Positions 9,599-18,818 are shown, numbered from the stretch's first letter. The stretch is 64,000 bases of DNA from an uncultured Alphaproteobacteria bacterium (GCA_934229625.1 CAKQDU010000003.1:64426-128425); one strand, 5' to 3'. Translations and numbers: made by a program. The notes: generated from the letters alone by a model not told the origin.

Positions 9599-11923
9599 TC
9601 ATTTTTTAATTTCAAAAGAATATATGGCATTTTGTTCATATATAATATCTAAAAAAGATGACATTGTTATAGATATTTCTTTATTTGTTGTATATTCAGG
9701 ATTAAATAAATCATCAAATTTTTTATCACCCTTTAACTCTATTTCTTTTACTTTCATATCTTTTACACCTGTTTTGCATAAACTAACTTTACTTTTATCA
9801 ATAAATAAAATTGTATTTTTTTTAGCAAAATTTTTATGAAATAAATAATCATCTTTACTAACGTTTATTGTTCCATTTCCAATTTTTATTTTCTCCGCTC
9901 CTATCGGTGCATCATTCATAATTATTCGTTCTATTGGAAAGGCTTTTAATAAAATAGCCTTAGCAGCACTAAAGTTGGTTATAATACAATAATCCGATAA
10001 ATTTTGTGCTGTAATTTCATCAACTGATGAAATTTTTTTTGATATACTTCGTAATTTTTGAAAAAGTTGCCCATACATTTTTTCTTCTAACATACGATAT
10101 ATTTGTTGTTCAAAATCATCATATACTATCAAACGCCCTTTTTCTTTAGTTATTGTAATATTTCCTAAAGCCATTTTGAGAGCAATTGCAGGTATTTCTT
10201 TTTTAACTCCAAATATCCTATTTATAACATTGTCTGGCACTAAAGCATCATACAAATCTTGTTTCAACTCTTTAATTTCAGATATTTGTTTTTGAGATAA
10301 TTTTGAGTTCAAAATATTTTTTCTTCTCATATCCATTTTTTGATGTAATAAGATGATTTGGCCTATTATATAATTTTTATAACTATCATTTATTTGAAAT
10401 GTACTTACAAGTTCTTCATTAGAAAAGAAATCATCCAGAATTTTTTTTATTTTTTCTATATTATTTAAATAGTTAAAAAATAACTCTTCATTAGTTAAAT
10501 GATTAACAAAATCTTGAGAACTATTAGAATATCTACTTATTTCAGTTTGTATATATTGTTGTCTAAAATCATTAACATTCAATTGTTTTAATTTATCCAT
10601 TTTATCTTTTGCATTACACAAAAAAATGAATAGTGTATAAAATATATATCTTTCCGATTGTTGATTTTTACTAAATACCTGATTCTGAGAAAATGAAGAA
10701 TCTTTGCATAAATAACAATTAAATATTTCATCAATATAACGAGGCATTTGCGGGAAACTATATTCGGAATGATTTTCTTTAGGTGTTTCATAATACATAT
10801 AATCGTATGCTTCCTTATACTTACCTTTATATATTAAATATGAAATTATTTGAGTATTCAACTTCAACATCTGTATTTTATCTATTTCGTCAGAATGTAT
10901 ATAATTCTTTATAATATCTTGCCACAATGTTAGTAAACTAAACGGAAAATTATCGTCAATTAGTACTGTAATTACTTGAAAAACTATCACATTTGGGTGC
11001 ATAAGTTTTCTATTTACATTATCTATAATATTAGGAAAAACATTTTTGTAATATTTATTCAGAATATAATAAAAATCAAATAATGATATTATATCATCAT
11101 GTGAAATATTACATTTATCTAATTTATACATAAATTTTTGTACACAACTTTTTATAATTGCGTCTTCAACATAAAATGAATTTGTATGCTTCCACTTTAA
11201 TAACGCGTTATCTAATAATTCATATTGCATAGTAAAAATAATATTTGCAATTTCTTGTTTAGATAAATTAACCCCACGTTGAAAAATATAAGTCATAATT
11301 TCCAATGGTCTAAAGAGATATTCATTTTCTCTATTTAAGCATACAAAATTATGCTCAAATTTATGCTCATTCCAACTAATATTGTTTTTAAATATATCGT
11401 ATATATATGTAGTAGCGGTCGTAAACAAACTTAAATCGTCTTGATATTGTATTGAGTGAATAGCAATCATTTGTAATAATTCTAAATCTTCATTTTTTGC
11501 ATCAGGTGTTAATACAATATTTTTCACTTTGAAGATTTCTTCAGGATTATTGTAATATTGATATAAGATTCTAAAAGAATAATAACTGAAACATATACTA
11601 AATATAGAAAATATAAAGTTTGGTATCAGTATCAATATATAATATTCACTATCCAATAAAGGCAATAATATTATAGAAAATAAATTTATAATTAAAGTAG
11701 ATGTAATAAACTGAAAGTAATAATGTATATAAAATTTTTTATCTAATTTTGTTATAAAAATTTGCGATATATCTTTAAGACTTTTTGTCGTTTCAAATAT
11801 TTTAGGATAAACAAAAGCAACTAACCCAATATTGATAGTTAATAAGGCTGTTAATATAGTTAAAATATCATCTAAAGAAATCACAGATTGATTTTCATAA
11901 AATAGTTGAATTGACATTTGCAA
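9599..11923 (-). CDS. Large hypothetical protein (774 aa): N-terminal multi-pass membrane region plus a large soluble domain
   Basis: Hydrophobic helices in the first ~130 aa (ILTILTALLTINIGLVAFVY..., LIINLFSIILLPLL..., ILILIPNFIFSIFSICF). No Walker or other catalytic motif recognised. Very AT-rich. It lies directly downstream of the MTase-nuclease pair on the same strand. Confidence 0.5.
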   Translation of the reverse strand: MQMSIQLFYENQSVISLDDILTILTALLTINIGLVAFVYPKIFETTKSLKDISQIFITKLDKKFYIHYYFQFITSTLIINLFSIILLPLLDSEYYILILIPNFIFSIFSICFSYYSFRILYQYYNNPEEIFKVKNIVLTPDAKNEDLELLQMIAIHSIQYQDDLSLFTTATTYIYDIFKNNISWNEHKFEHNFVCLNRENEYLFRPLEIMTYIFQRGVNLSKQEIANIIFTMQYELLDNALLKWKHTNSFYVEDAIIKSCVQKFMYKLDKCNISHDDIISLFDFYYILNKYYKNVFPNIIDNVNRKLMHPNVIVFQVITVLIDDNFPFSLLTLWQDIIKNYIHSDEIDKIQMLKLNTQIISYLIYKGKYKEAYDYMYYETPKENHSEYSFPQMPRYIDEIFNCYLCKDSSFSQNQVFSKNQQSERYIFYTLFIFLCNAKDKMDKLKQLNVNDFRQQYIQTEISRYSNSSQDFVNHLTNEELFFNYLNNIEKIKKILDDFFSNEELVSTFQINDSYKNYIIGQIILLHQKMDMRRKNILNSKLSQKQISEIKELKQDLYDALVPDNVINRIFGVKKEIPAIALKMALGNITITKEKGRLIVYDDFEQQIYRMLEEKMYGQLFQKLRSISKKISSVDEITAQNLSDYCIITNFSAAKAILLKAFPIERIIMNDAPIGAEKIKIGNGTINVSKDDYLFHKNFAKKNTILFIDKSKVSLCKTGVKDMKVKEIELKGDKKFDDLFNPEYTTNKEISITMSSFLDIIYEQNAIYSFEIKK

Positions 11924-12026
11924 ACCTGTATTATTATTTAATCCTATTACATAATATAAAAAAACACCACCTATACAAGCAACAGGTAATGTTTTTTAAC
12001 AAATATCTTTTTATTTTACTTAAATT

Positions 12027-13127
12027 CTACACATCACTTTTGCGTCGGTTGCAGTCTCGGCATAACATTTGGCAATTATCTATTGTTGTATGTCCACCTT
12101 TTGCGTACGGCGTAATGTGGTCTGCTTCCATTTCTGAAATATCAAAATGCTTGCCGCACTTTTTACAATTTCCGTTTTGCCTTTCATAGACAGTTCTTTT
12201 TTCACTATCCTTAAATGCTCTAATACTTAAACATTTTTCATCGCCCGACAGCACATATTCATATATACCCTTTTTAGAAGTTATCTCATCAAATTCATCT
12301 TTCATAAGTGTAGAAATCTGTTCTTCAATTTTTTTAGGGTCTAAATCTGCATCTTTATACTTGTTATATAACAGTCCCCACTTTTGACCTTTCATCTCTT
12401 TTCGGTATTTAGTGAAGATTGTTTCTATCCAATTTATTACTGATTGATAATATTCTTTAAGTTCTCTGGCTGTATGCTCTTGTTGGTGTATTCCCATATA
12501 ATCATCAATAGATTTAATGCCGTCTCTTTGCCTTATCCAATCTAAAACAGTTTCCAGATAGTCTTGCCTTATTGGTGTGCCGGTCATATATTTTTCACCA
12601 ATTTTATACGCTATGCAATTAGACTTACTAAAATATTTTTTAGCATCACTTAACCATTCACCGGTAAAGATAGCGTTTCTTAATTCTTGGTCAGTTAATT
12701 CTATTCCGGCAATATTGATTATTTTAAACCAATCCAATTTTTCACTATCCTTTCCCTCGCAAATATAAACCATCAATTCATAGTCCAATATTTTATCTTG
12801 TTCATCATTTTGCAGAGTATAGAAAAATTTACCATCTACAGAGAAATTACCTTCTAAATATTCGCAAATACTTATTGTTCGCTGCTGACCGTCAAGGAGT
12901 TCATAAGTACCATCTTCATTTAGACACCAATACATAACATTTAGAGGGAAACCTTTTTTGACAGTATTGATTACTTCTATCTTATTTTTATCGCCATAAA
13001 TATATTCTCTTTGGTATTTTGGTCTGATATTTAATTTGCCGCTATAACCGACAACCCCTTCTTCATCATTGTTTATATAACCGTCATAAACATCTCTGAT
13101 TTTGATTCTGTGTAATTCAATCTTCAT
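12027..13127 (-). CDS. DUF262 (ParB/GmrSD-like N-terminal domain) plus C-terminal HNH nuclease
   Basis: N-terminal IRPKYQREYIY and LLDGQQRTISI motifs are typical of DUF262. The C-terminal region CKKCGKHFDISEMEADHITPYAKGGHTTIDNCQMLCRDCNRRKSD is a canonical HNH (His-Me) motif. Confidence 0.7.
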   Translation of the reverse strand: MKIELHRIKIRDVYDGYINNDEEGVVGYSGKLNIRPKYQREYIYGDKNKIEVINTVKKGFPLNVMYWCLNEDGTYELLDGQQRTISICEYLEGNFSVDGKFFYTLQNDEQDKILDYELMVYICEGKDSEKLDWFKIINIAGIELTDQELRNAIFTGEWLSDAKKYFSKSNCIAYKIGEKYMTGTPIRQDYLETVLDWIRQRDGIKSIDDYMGIHQQEHTARELKEYYQSVINWIETIFTKYRKEMKGQKWGLLYNKYKDADLDPKKIEEQISTLMKDEFDEITSKKGIYEYVLSGDEKCLSIRAFKDSEKRTVYERQNGNCKKCGKHFDISEMEADHITPYAKGGHTTIDNCQMLCRDCNRRKSDV

Positions 13128-13128
13128 A

Positions 13129-14217
13129 TTATTTTTTCCTTCTAATTAAAACTCTGGCGTAAATGCTTGAATATAATTCCCCTGTTTCTACATCTTTAAA
13201 TGCTGGCGTTTTATCTTTAATTTGATTAAATTTTCTATAAAGAGTACCTTTCGCATTATATGTGAATTTTCCTGTCCCATTTCCATTTTTATCTAATATT
13301 TCCATCTTTTTATTATTAGTAAATTCGCAACTTCCAACTATTCCTAAATCAACAATTTCAAATTGGTCAGGACTATACTTATCTAAAAATGTAATAGGTA
13401 CCCCCATCACTCCATCATAATCCATAGGTATATCACTTGTTTTATCTACATTGATAGCATTATAATTTTCGTAATGAGGATATTCTTCCGGTGTATATTT
13501 TTTATATAAATCTAAATCTTCGTGTCTTTTTGTTGTTTCAATATTTGTATACCATACAACACCTGAAACACGAATCATTCCTTCTTTATGGTCTCCGGCT
13601 GTTGCATAATCTTCATAATATGGATTGATAAAATGTCCTGCACCACCTTTAAAGCCATATCCTAACCATATCTTGTTTTCTTTTATAAGTTTGAATATTT
13701 CCCTATATGTAATAGCATTTTGATGTCCTATAATTAAAAATTTTTTATTATATTTAATCAACTGTTCTACATACTCTCTAAACAATGAAAATGGTGGATT
13801 TGTAATAACAACATCTGCTTCTTTTAATAATTCAATACATTCATCACTTCTAAAATCACCATCACCCTTTAGAGACTTAACGCCAATTTCTTCTATATCA
13901 GGTACCCTGTTGCTATTTTTATCACCATAATATTCCAAATATACCGCTTGTTCGCTGTCATTTTGAGAAAATAAATCCATATTTTTGTTTTTATAACAAG
14001 TAGTAATCAGTTTTTTCAAACCTAAATGTTCAAAAGAATAACTGAAATAATGAAAAAAATTACTAACCCGCGGGTCATCACAATTACATAAAACAGTCTT
14101 GCCTTTTAAAAATGATTTGTAATGTTTCAGTTCATTTTCAATATCACAAAGTTGAGTATAAAACTCATCTTTTTTATTTCTTTTCGCTTGTTTTAAATTG
14201 TCATTTGCCATCTTCAT
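13129..14217 (-). CDS. N6-adenine DNA methyltransferase, EcoRI-methylase family
   Basis: From memory, the N-terminus (KQAKRNKKDEFYTQLCDIENELKHY...CDDPRVSNFF) and the motif IV VVITNPPFSLFREYVEQLIKYNKKFLII match M.EcoRI-type methylases. The stop is 1 nt from the start of the nuclease gene, so the two form an operon. Confidence 0.65.
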   Translation of the reverse strand: MKMANDNLKQAKRNKKDEFYTQLCDIENELKHYKSFLKGKTVLCNCDDPRVSNFFHYFSYSFEHLGLKKLITTCYKNKNMDLFSQNDSEQAVYLEYYGDKNSNRVPDIEEIGVKSLKGDGDFRSDECIELLKEADVVITNPPFSLFREYVEQLIKYNKKFLIIGHQNAITYREIFKLIKENKIWLGYGFKGGAGHFINPYYEDYATAGDHKEGMIRVSGVVWYTNIETTKRHEDLDLYKKYTPEEYPHYENYNAINVDKTSDIPMDYDGVMGVPITFLDKYSPDQFEIVDLGIVGSCEFTNNKKMEILDKNGNGTGKFTYNAKGTLYRKFNQIKDKTPAFKDVETGELYSSIYARVLIRRKK

Positions 14218-14236
14218 AAATGTCCGTTTATGAAGA
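14211..14236. promoter_or_regulatory. 26-bp hix-like palindrome overlapping the MTase start codon
   Basis: TCTTCATAAATG-TC-CGTTTATGAAGA: 11/12 matching half-sites around a 2-bp core. The MTase ATG (14215-14217, minus strand) lies inside it. Confidence 0.4.
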
Positions 14237-14311
14237 CATTCAAATAAGTATTTTTAATATCTTTATTTGAATCTTTGGAACAGCACGGATTTCCTCAGAT
14301 TTATTTTATTC

Positions 14312-14339
14312 TTGCAACTAAATTGCTATGTGTTATTAT
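14312..14339 (+). promoter_or_regulatory. Sigma70-like promoter (TTGCAA-16-TATTAT) inside a segment bracketed by an 11-bp inverted repeat
   Basis: ttgcaa ctaaattgctatgtgt tattat. It lies between the 11-bp inverted repeats at 14220-14230 and 14360-14370, and points toward the recombinase gene at 14425. Confidence 0.35.
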
Positions 14340-14424
14340 GCTAAAAAATTTATATCAACTAAACGGACATCTATTTTATATAGTCTTTTGATAAATACTT
14401 ATGTAATATCAAAGGATTATTAAA

Positions 14425-15021
14425 ATGATTTATTCTTACATTAGAGTCAGTTCAGACCAGCAAAATTGCGCCAATCAAAAATATGAGGTGGAATGTTATG
14501 CCGCTAAAAATAACATAACCATTAATGAGTACATTGAAGAAACAATATCTTCCAGAAAACCGCTTAAAGACAGAAAATTAGGCAAATTATTAAATAAACT
14601 TTCAAAAGGAGATATTGTTATCAGTACCGAAATATCCAGACTTGGGCGAAATATGTTAGAGGTTATGGGAATTTTACAAACTTGTTTAGAAAAAGATTGT
14701 GAGATAATAACCATAAAAGAAAACTATCATCTTGGGGCGGATATTCAGTCCAAAGTTTTGGCGTTTGCATTTTCTCTTGCCGCTGAAATTGAGCGTCAAC
14801 TTATTTCTCAACGCACAAAGGAATGCCTTAAACGCTTAAAAAATGAGGGTAAACATCTTGGCAGACCTTATGGTTTTACATACAAAAAACTAAAAAAGAA
14901 ACACAATAAGATAATTGATTTACTTAATAAAAAAGTATCCAAAGCGGAAATTGCTCGGCTGATGGGGTGTTCGTGGGCAACATTGCATAGATACATTAAA
15001 GAATGCTGTATAATCTCTTAG
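14425..15021 (+). CDS. Serine recombinase (resolvase/invertase family)
   Basis: N-terminal catalytic motif YIRVSSDQQ. Resolvase core ...LGRNMLEVMGIL.... C-terminal HTH (AEIARLMGCSWATLHRYIK). Confidence 0.8.
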   Translation: MIYSYIRVSSDQQNCANQKYEVECYAAKNNITINEYIEETISSRKPLKDRKLGKLLNKLSKGDIVISTEISRLGRNMLEVMGILQTCLEKDCEIITIKENYHLGADIQSKVLAFAFSLAAEIERQLISQRTKECLKRLKNEGKHLGRPYGFTYKKLKKKHNKIIDLLNKKVSKAEIARLMGCSWATLHRYIKECCIIS

Positions 15022-15575
15022 TGTGCTTGTTTATTCAAATATCCATAAACAGTCGGGCGTGTAATGTTAAATTGTCGGGCAATTTGGGCTATCGGTAAAC
15101 CTTGGTCGGCAAGTTTATTCAATTCTGCAACTTGCGCATCTGACAGTTTATTTTTACCGCCTTTGTATTTACCTTTTGCTTTAGCAATAGCCACGCCTTC
15201 TCTTACACGTTGATTGATGAGTTCTCGTTCCAACTGTGCTACCGCGCCAAGCATTGTCATCATCAGTTGTTGGTACGGGTCTTTTTTATCTGGAGAAAAA
15301 GTCAAATTCTCCTTATGAAAAATAACAGTCGCTCCGAGTTTGTTAATTTCTTCCACCAGATTCAACAAATCACGCGTGTTTCGTGCTAATCTATCCATTG
15401 AATGCACATTTACAATGTCGCCTTGTCTTAAATTGCTCATCATTGCCTGCAATTCCGGTCTATCGGTATTCTTACCCGATAATTTGTCTTCATATTCTCT
15501 ATCGCACGCAACGCCGGCTAATTGTCTTTCCGTATTTTGCACAACAGTTGAAACTCTTTTATAATTAAAAATCAT
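15018..15575 (-). CDS. Serine recombinase, Hin/Gin/Pin-like DNA invertase
   Basis: YKRVSTVVQNTERQ catalytic region, DRLARNTRDLLNLV, C-terminal HTH IAQIARQFNITRPTVYGYL. 185 aa. Overall similarity to the Gin/Hin family. Confidence 0.8.
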   Translation of the reverse strand: MIFNYKRVSTVVQNTERQLAGVACDREYEDKLSGKNTDRPELQAMMSNLRQGDIVNVHSMDRLARNTRDLLNLVEEINKLGATVIFHKENLTFSPDKKDPYQQLMMTMLGAVAQLERELINQRVREGVAIAKAKGKYKGGKNKLSDAQVAELNKLADQGLPIAQIARQFNITRPTVYGYLNKQAH

Positions 15576-15790
15576 AGTAAAGTCCTTTTATGTAAAATCA
15601 TCATTTATAATGCTATTTTACATTACTCAAAAAGTGTAAAATTGTCAAGCATTTTAGTTTACATTTTACACTTTTATAAATGTATATTCTGACTACTGTC
15701 TGATTTTCCATTTTTCTAATAATGATTCATTATATTTTAAAAAGAATCGCGTATTATGCTACTAATTAAAAATATCAAAAGGCTTATACA

Positions 15791-16780
15791 ATGGAACAAC
15801 AAGGCGAAATCATTATTTACCAGTCGGCTGACGGCAAAAATAAACTGGATGTAAAATTAGAAAATGAAACTGTTTGGCTTTCTCAATCTCAATTAGTTGA
15901 CTTATACCAAACCAGCAAATCAAACATCAGCGAGCATATAAAAAATATTTTTAATGAGGGTGAACTATCGGCCGATTCAGTTGTTCGGAAATTCCGAACA
16001 ACTGCCGCAGACGGTAAAAATTATTCAACGCAATTTTACAATCTTGATATGATTATTTCCTTAGGGTACCGCATAAAGTCTTCTATTGCCACCCAGTTCC
16101 GCATTTGGGCAACCGAACGCATAAAGGAATATATCATCAAAGGATTTACCATTGATGACGAACGTTTAAAACAAAACGGCGGCGGAAATTATTGGAAAGA
16201 ATTGTTAGACCGCATCAGAGATATCCGCTCCTCTGAAAAAGTTTTATACCGTCAGGTTTTGGATTTATACGCCACAAGTTATGATTATAATGCCAAAGCA
16301 CCGGAAACTATTGAATTTTTTAAAGTTGTCCAAAATAAATTACATTTTGCCGCGCACGGTCATACAGCATCAGAAGTTATATATGAACGTGCAAATGCCG
16401 ATAAGCCTTTTATGGGATTAACCACATTTTCCGGCGACCTGCCAACTAAAGCCGAAGCCAAAATTGCTAAAAATTATTTAAGCGAAAAAGAATTAAAGGT
16501 GCTGAACAATCTTGTTTCCGGATATTTTGACTTTGCAGAAATCTATGCCGTTCGTCACGAACATTTATATATGAAAGATTATCTTAAACAGTTAGACAAC
16601 ATTTTATCGGCAACCGGAGAAAACGTCTTACAAGGCGCAGGTAAAATCAGTCATCAAAAAGCAATGGAAAAAGTTGAGGCTGAATATAAAAAATATCAGG
16701 AAAAGACCTTAACTCCGATAGAACAAGCATATTTGGAAAACTTGAAAAGTTTGGAAAAAAAGATAGAAGACAAAAAATAA
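15791..16780 (+). CDS. rhuM: RhuM-family protein (virulence-associated / Fic-neighbourhood DNA-binding protein)
   Basis: N-terminal IIYQSADGKNKLDVKLENETVWLSQSQLVDLYQTSKSNISEHIKNIF...YNLDMIISLGYRIKSSIATQFRIWATE. Characteristic RhuM-family block. Confidence 0.7.
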   Translation: MEQQGEIIIYQSADGKNKLDVKLENETVWLSQSQLVDLYQTSKSNISEHIKNIFNEGELSADSVVRKFRTTAADGKNYSTQFYNLDMIISLGYRIKSSIATQFRIWATERIKEYIIKGFTIDDERLKQNGGGNYWKELLDRIRDIRSSEKVLYRQVLDLYATSYDYNAKAPETIEFFKVVQNKLHFAAHGHTASEVIYERANADKPFMGLTTFSGDLPTKAEAKIAKNYLSEKELKVLNNLVSGYFDFAEIYAVRHEHLYMKDYLKQLDNILSATGENVLQGAGKISHQKAMEKVEAEYKKYQEKTLTPIEQAYLENLKSLEKKIEDKK

Positions 16781-16825
16781 ACGCTTTTTTTTGATTTTCA
16801 GAGAATGTTTATCCATTACCAAAAA

Positions 16826-16875
16826 TCTAAAAAGCGGGGTTTGCGGAAAATAAAAGTAGGAAATAACAAAAAACA
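16826..16875. repeat. 50-bp direct repeat, copy 1 (copy 2 at 18748..18797)
   Basis: atctaaaaagcggggtttgcggaaaataaaagtaggaaataacaaaa compared with atctaaaaagcggtgttggcgtaaaataaaagtaggaaataacaaaa. Each copy is followed by a different hairpin. Confidence 0.6.
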
Positions 16876-16940
16876 GCACATTTCTGCGCTGTTTCATACA
16901 ACATTTGTAAAAGACTTCAATTTGTTTTTCACATAAGTAT

Positions 16941-17504
16941 TTATCTTGCCGGATATAAAATTGCACCGCGGTCAATTAAATAATTCGCAATATCCAACTC
17001 CATTTTTGCCAAAGCCGTGGTTAGCGGTGTTTGTGCCTGAACATTTAGCCAATTTATGTCCGCTCCCTCATTTATCAAATATGCCACGCCATTCAATTTT
17101 TGTTCTTTCGTCATATTATCATTTAATATCAACAAAATAAGCGCATTATTTCCAAACACATCAGTACGATATACAGAGGCTCCGTTATTCACTAAAAACT
17201 CCGGAATTTCCATATCCGTACACATATAACATGCCATTAAAAATAGTGAAGCGTGGCGGGCATTTATGGAATCATCTATGTTAAAATCTGGATTTTCTTC
17301 CAACATATTTTTGATTTCATCCATATCGTTAATGTTAAAACACTCGTCAACTTCATCATTATAAGGACGATAAACCGGAACTGTCTTCAAGCGTTTTTCT
17401 AAAGCGTCTAATTTTTTACGAATAGCCGGAAGTTGTTCCACCGGCACATATTTAATATAAGTATTATCAAAATTTGCGTTCATATACTTCCCCTTTGCTT
17501 TCAA
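16941..17504 (-). CDS. Hypothetical protein with C-terminal ankyrin repeats
   Basis: ...NGASVYRTDVFGNNALILLI...VAYLINEGADINWLNVQAQTPLTTALAKMELDIANYLIDRGA: 2-3 ankyrin repeats. Confidence 0.55.
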   Translation of the reverse strand: MKAKGKYMNANFDNTYIKYVPVEQLPAIRKKLDALEKRLKTVPVYRPYNDEVDECFNINDMDEIKNMLEENPDFNIDDSINARHASLFLMACYMCTDMEIPEFLVNNGASVYRTDVFGNNALILLILNDNMTKEQKLNGVAYLINEGADINWLNVQAQTPLTTALAKMELDIANYLIDRGAILYPAR

Positions 17505-17632
17505 TTATATTTATTGGCAAAACCAACACCAGCCGCAAAATATAAAAAAGACACCGAATAAAATCCGATGCCTTATATAAAAGATAAAAGTTCTACGTCG
17601 AAAGCATATCAACGCATAACTATTTATCCTCT

Positions 17633-18199
17633 TTATACCGCCTTTTTGAATATTTTACTGTTTATATATGATGGTGTTTCAATCCTCTTTTTATTGAAAT
17701 GCATGTCTTTTTCACAATCGTTGGAATTTATATAATCCAAGCATTTATCAATATCATATATGGCTTCAAATTTGTGAGAGGCTTTCGGATAAATGTCTTT
17801 AAACAGCCTTTGAATAAAGCCTAAAAATATGGATAATTCAGTAATATCTAAACAATTGATGATAAAATGTATATGATTTGATTTACCCTTTTGTTTTTCA
17901 ATAATTCCGGTCCAGTTGAACTGCAAATGTTTTAACTTTATCCATTTGCTACCATATTTCCACCTGTAATATCTTGCTAATATATATTTGAAATCATCTT
18001 CTAACTTAACTTCATCTACACCACAGTTGGGCTGAAGAGTGATAAACCATCGTCCGTTATTTGTTGTCAATGTTTTTGGCTTGTCAACATTCATATCAAT
18101 ATAGGTTGATTTTAATTTTCTCATCATTGATAATGGTTCTTGTGTAATTCTGTTCTGAAAAATATTGTGTATCATTGTTTTACAATCCTCTAATGCCAA
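17633..18199 (-). CDS. HUH-superfamily endonuclease-like protein (rolling-circle Rep / TnpA-like), 188 aa
   Basis: Three motifs in order: WFITLQPN (Rep motif I, FLTLT-like), SNHIHFIIN (HUH motif II), and SYINSKIFKK (Y-x3-K motif III). It is the last gene inside the island, just before attR. Confidence 0.45.
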   Translation of the reverse strand: MALEDCKTMIHNIFQNRITQEPLSMMRKLKSTYIDMNVDKPKTLTTNNGRWFITLQPNCGVDEVKLEDDFKYILARYYRWKYGSKWIKLKHLQFNWTGIIEKQKGKSNHIHFIINCLDITELSIFLGFIQRLFKDIYPKASHKFEAIYDIDKCLDYINSNDCEKDMHFNKKRIETPSYINSKIFKKAV

Positions 18200-18645
18200 T
18201 AATAAAATAAGAAAATTTAGCCAAAGTTTTTAATTCACCATTATTTTTTAAGGGTGTCATATTTTCTCTATTTTTGAGGTCTTTGCTAATACAAAGTAGG
18301 CATCTGCCATTCAGCGTATTATGCTTAAAGCATCTCTAACATCGGGAAGATAATGTTTAAAGATGCCATCTTCCCTTTGATATTTATTATGCCATATTAC
18401 ACTTTTTTATTGCAAAAATAAAATTAGTATTAGTGGTTAAAAATAATATTGACAAATAGAAATTTTTAAATACGGCAATACATCTGAAAAAAACATCAAT
18501 TCATAAAAATCAAAAAAAGCCTTGACGACTTATTTATCCTATGTTATTTGATTAAAAGTACTTATACACTTATTGACAATGTATTGTTAAGATTTAATAA
18601 AAATATAAAGCAATATCAGAGTGATGTTTAATTTTTAACTGGTCT

Positions 18646-18710
18646 TCCAGGTGAAGCAGCCAATTTGATAATATCTCCCTGATTTTTTGGAGATTTTTTT
18701 GTAATTTTTC
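18646..18710 (+). repeat. attR: copy of the tRNA-Gln 3' end plus terminator region
   Basis: tccaggtgaagcagccaatttgataatatctccctgatttttt ggagattttttt gtaatttttc. See attL. Confidence 0.85.
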
Positions 18711-18747
18711 CAAATATTAAAATTGAGTTAGAAATAAATTACCAAGA

Positions 18748-18797
18748 ATCTAAAAAGCGGTGTTGGCGTAAAATAAAAGTAGGAAATAACAAAAGGA
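18748..18797. repeat. 50-bp direct repeat, copy 2
   Basis: See the feature at 16826..16875. This copy is immediately followed by the hairpin aaaggacc-tgaaaataata-ggtccttt. Confidence 0.6.
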
Positions 18798-18818
18798 CCT
18801 GAAAATAATAGGTCCTTT

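Larger units (their letters stand above)
7602..18710. mobile_element. ~11.1-kb integrated genomic island at the tRNA-Gln 3' end
   Basis: Flanked by the 65/66-bp direct repeats. A tyrosine integrase gene lies next to the intact tRNA. The cargo is AT-rich and includes R-M/defence-type genes, recombinases and a HUH Rep-like gene. Confidence 0.8.

Noticed and set aside
14220-14370. Clean Hin-type invertible segment between the 11-bp inverted repeats
   Set aside because: Only the left site is a full 26-bp dyad. The right copy is a half-site, and 11-bp inverted repeats occur by chance in AT-rich DNA. It is reported only as a tentative finding, not as a feature.
18640-18665. Second tRNA-Gln gene at the island's right end
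   Set aside because: Only the 3'-terminal 17 nt (…tccaggtgaagcagcca) are present as part of attR. There is no D-arm or anticodon arm upstream.
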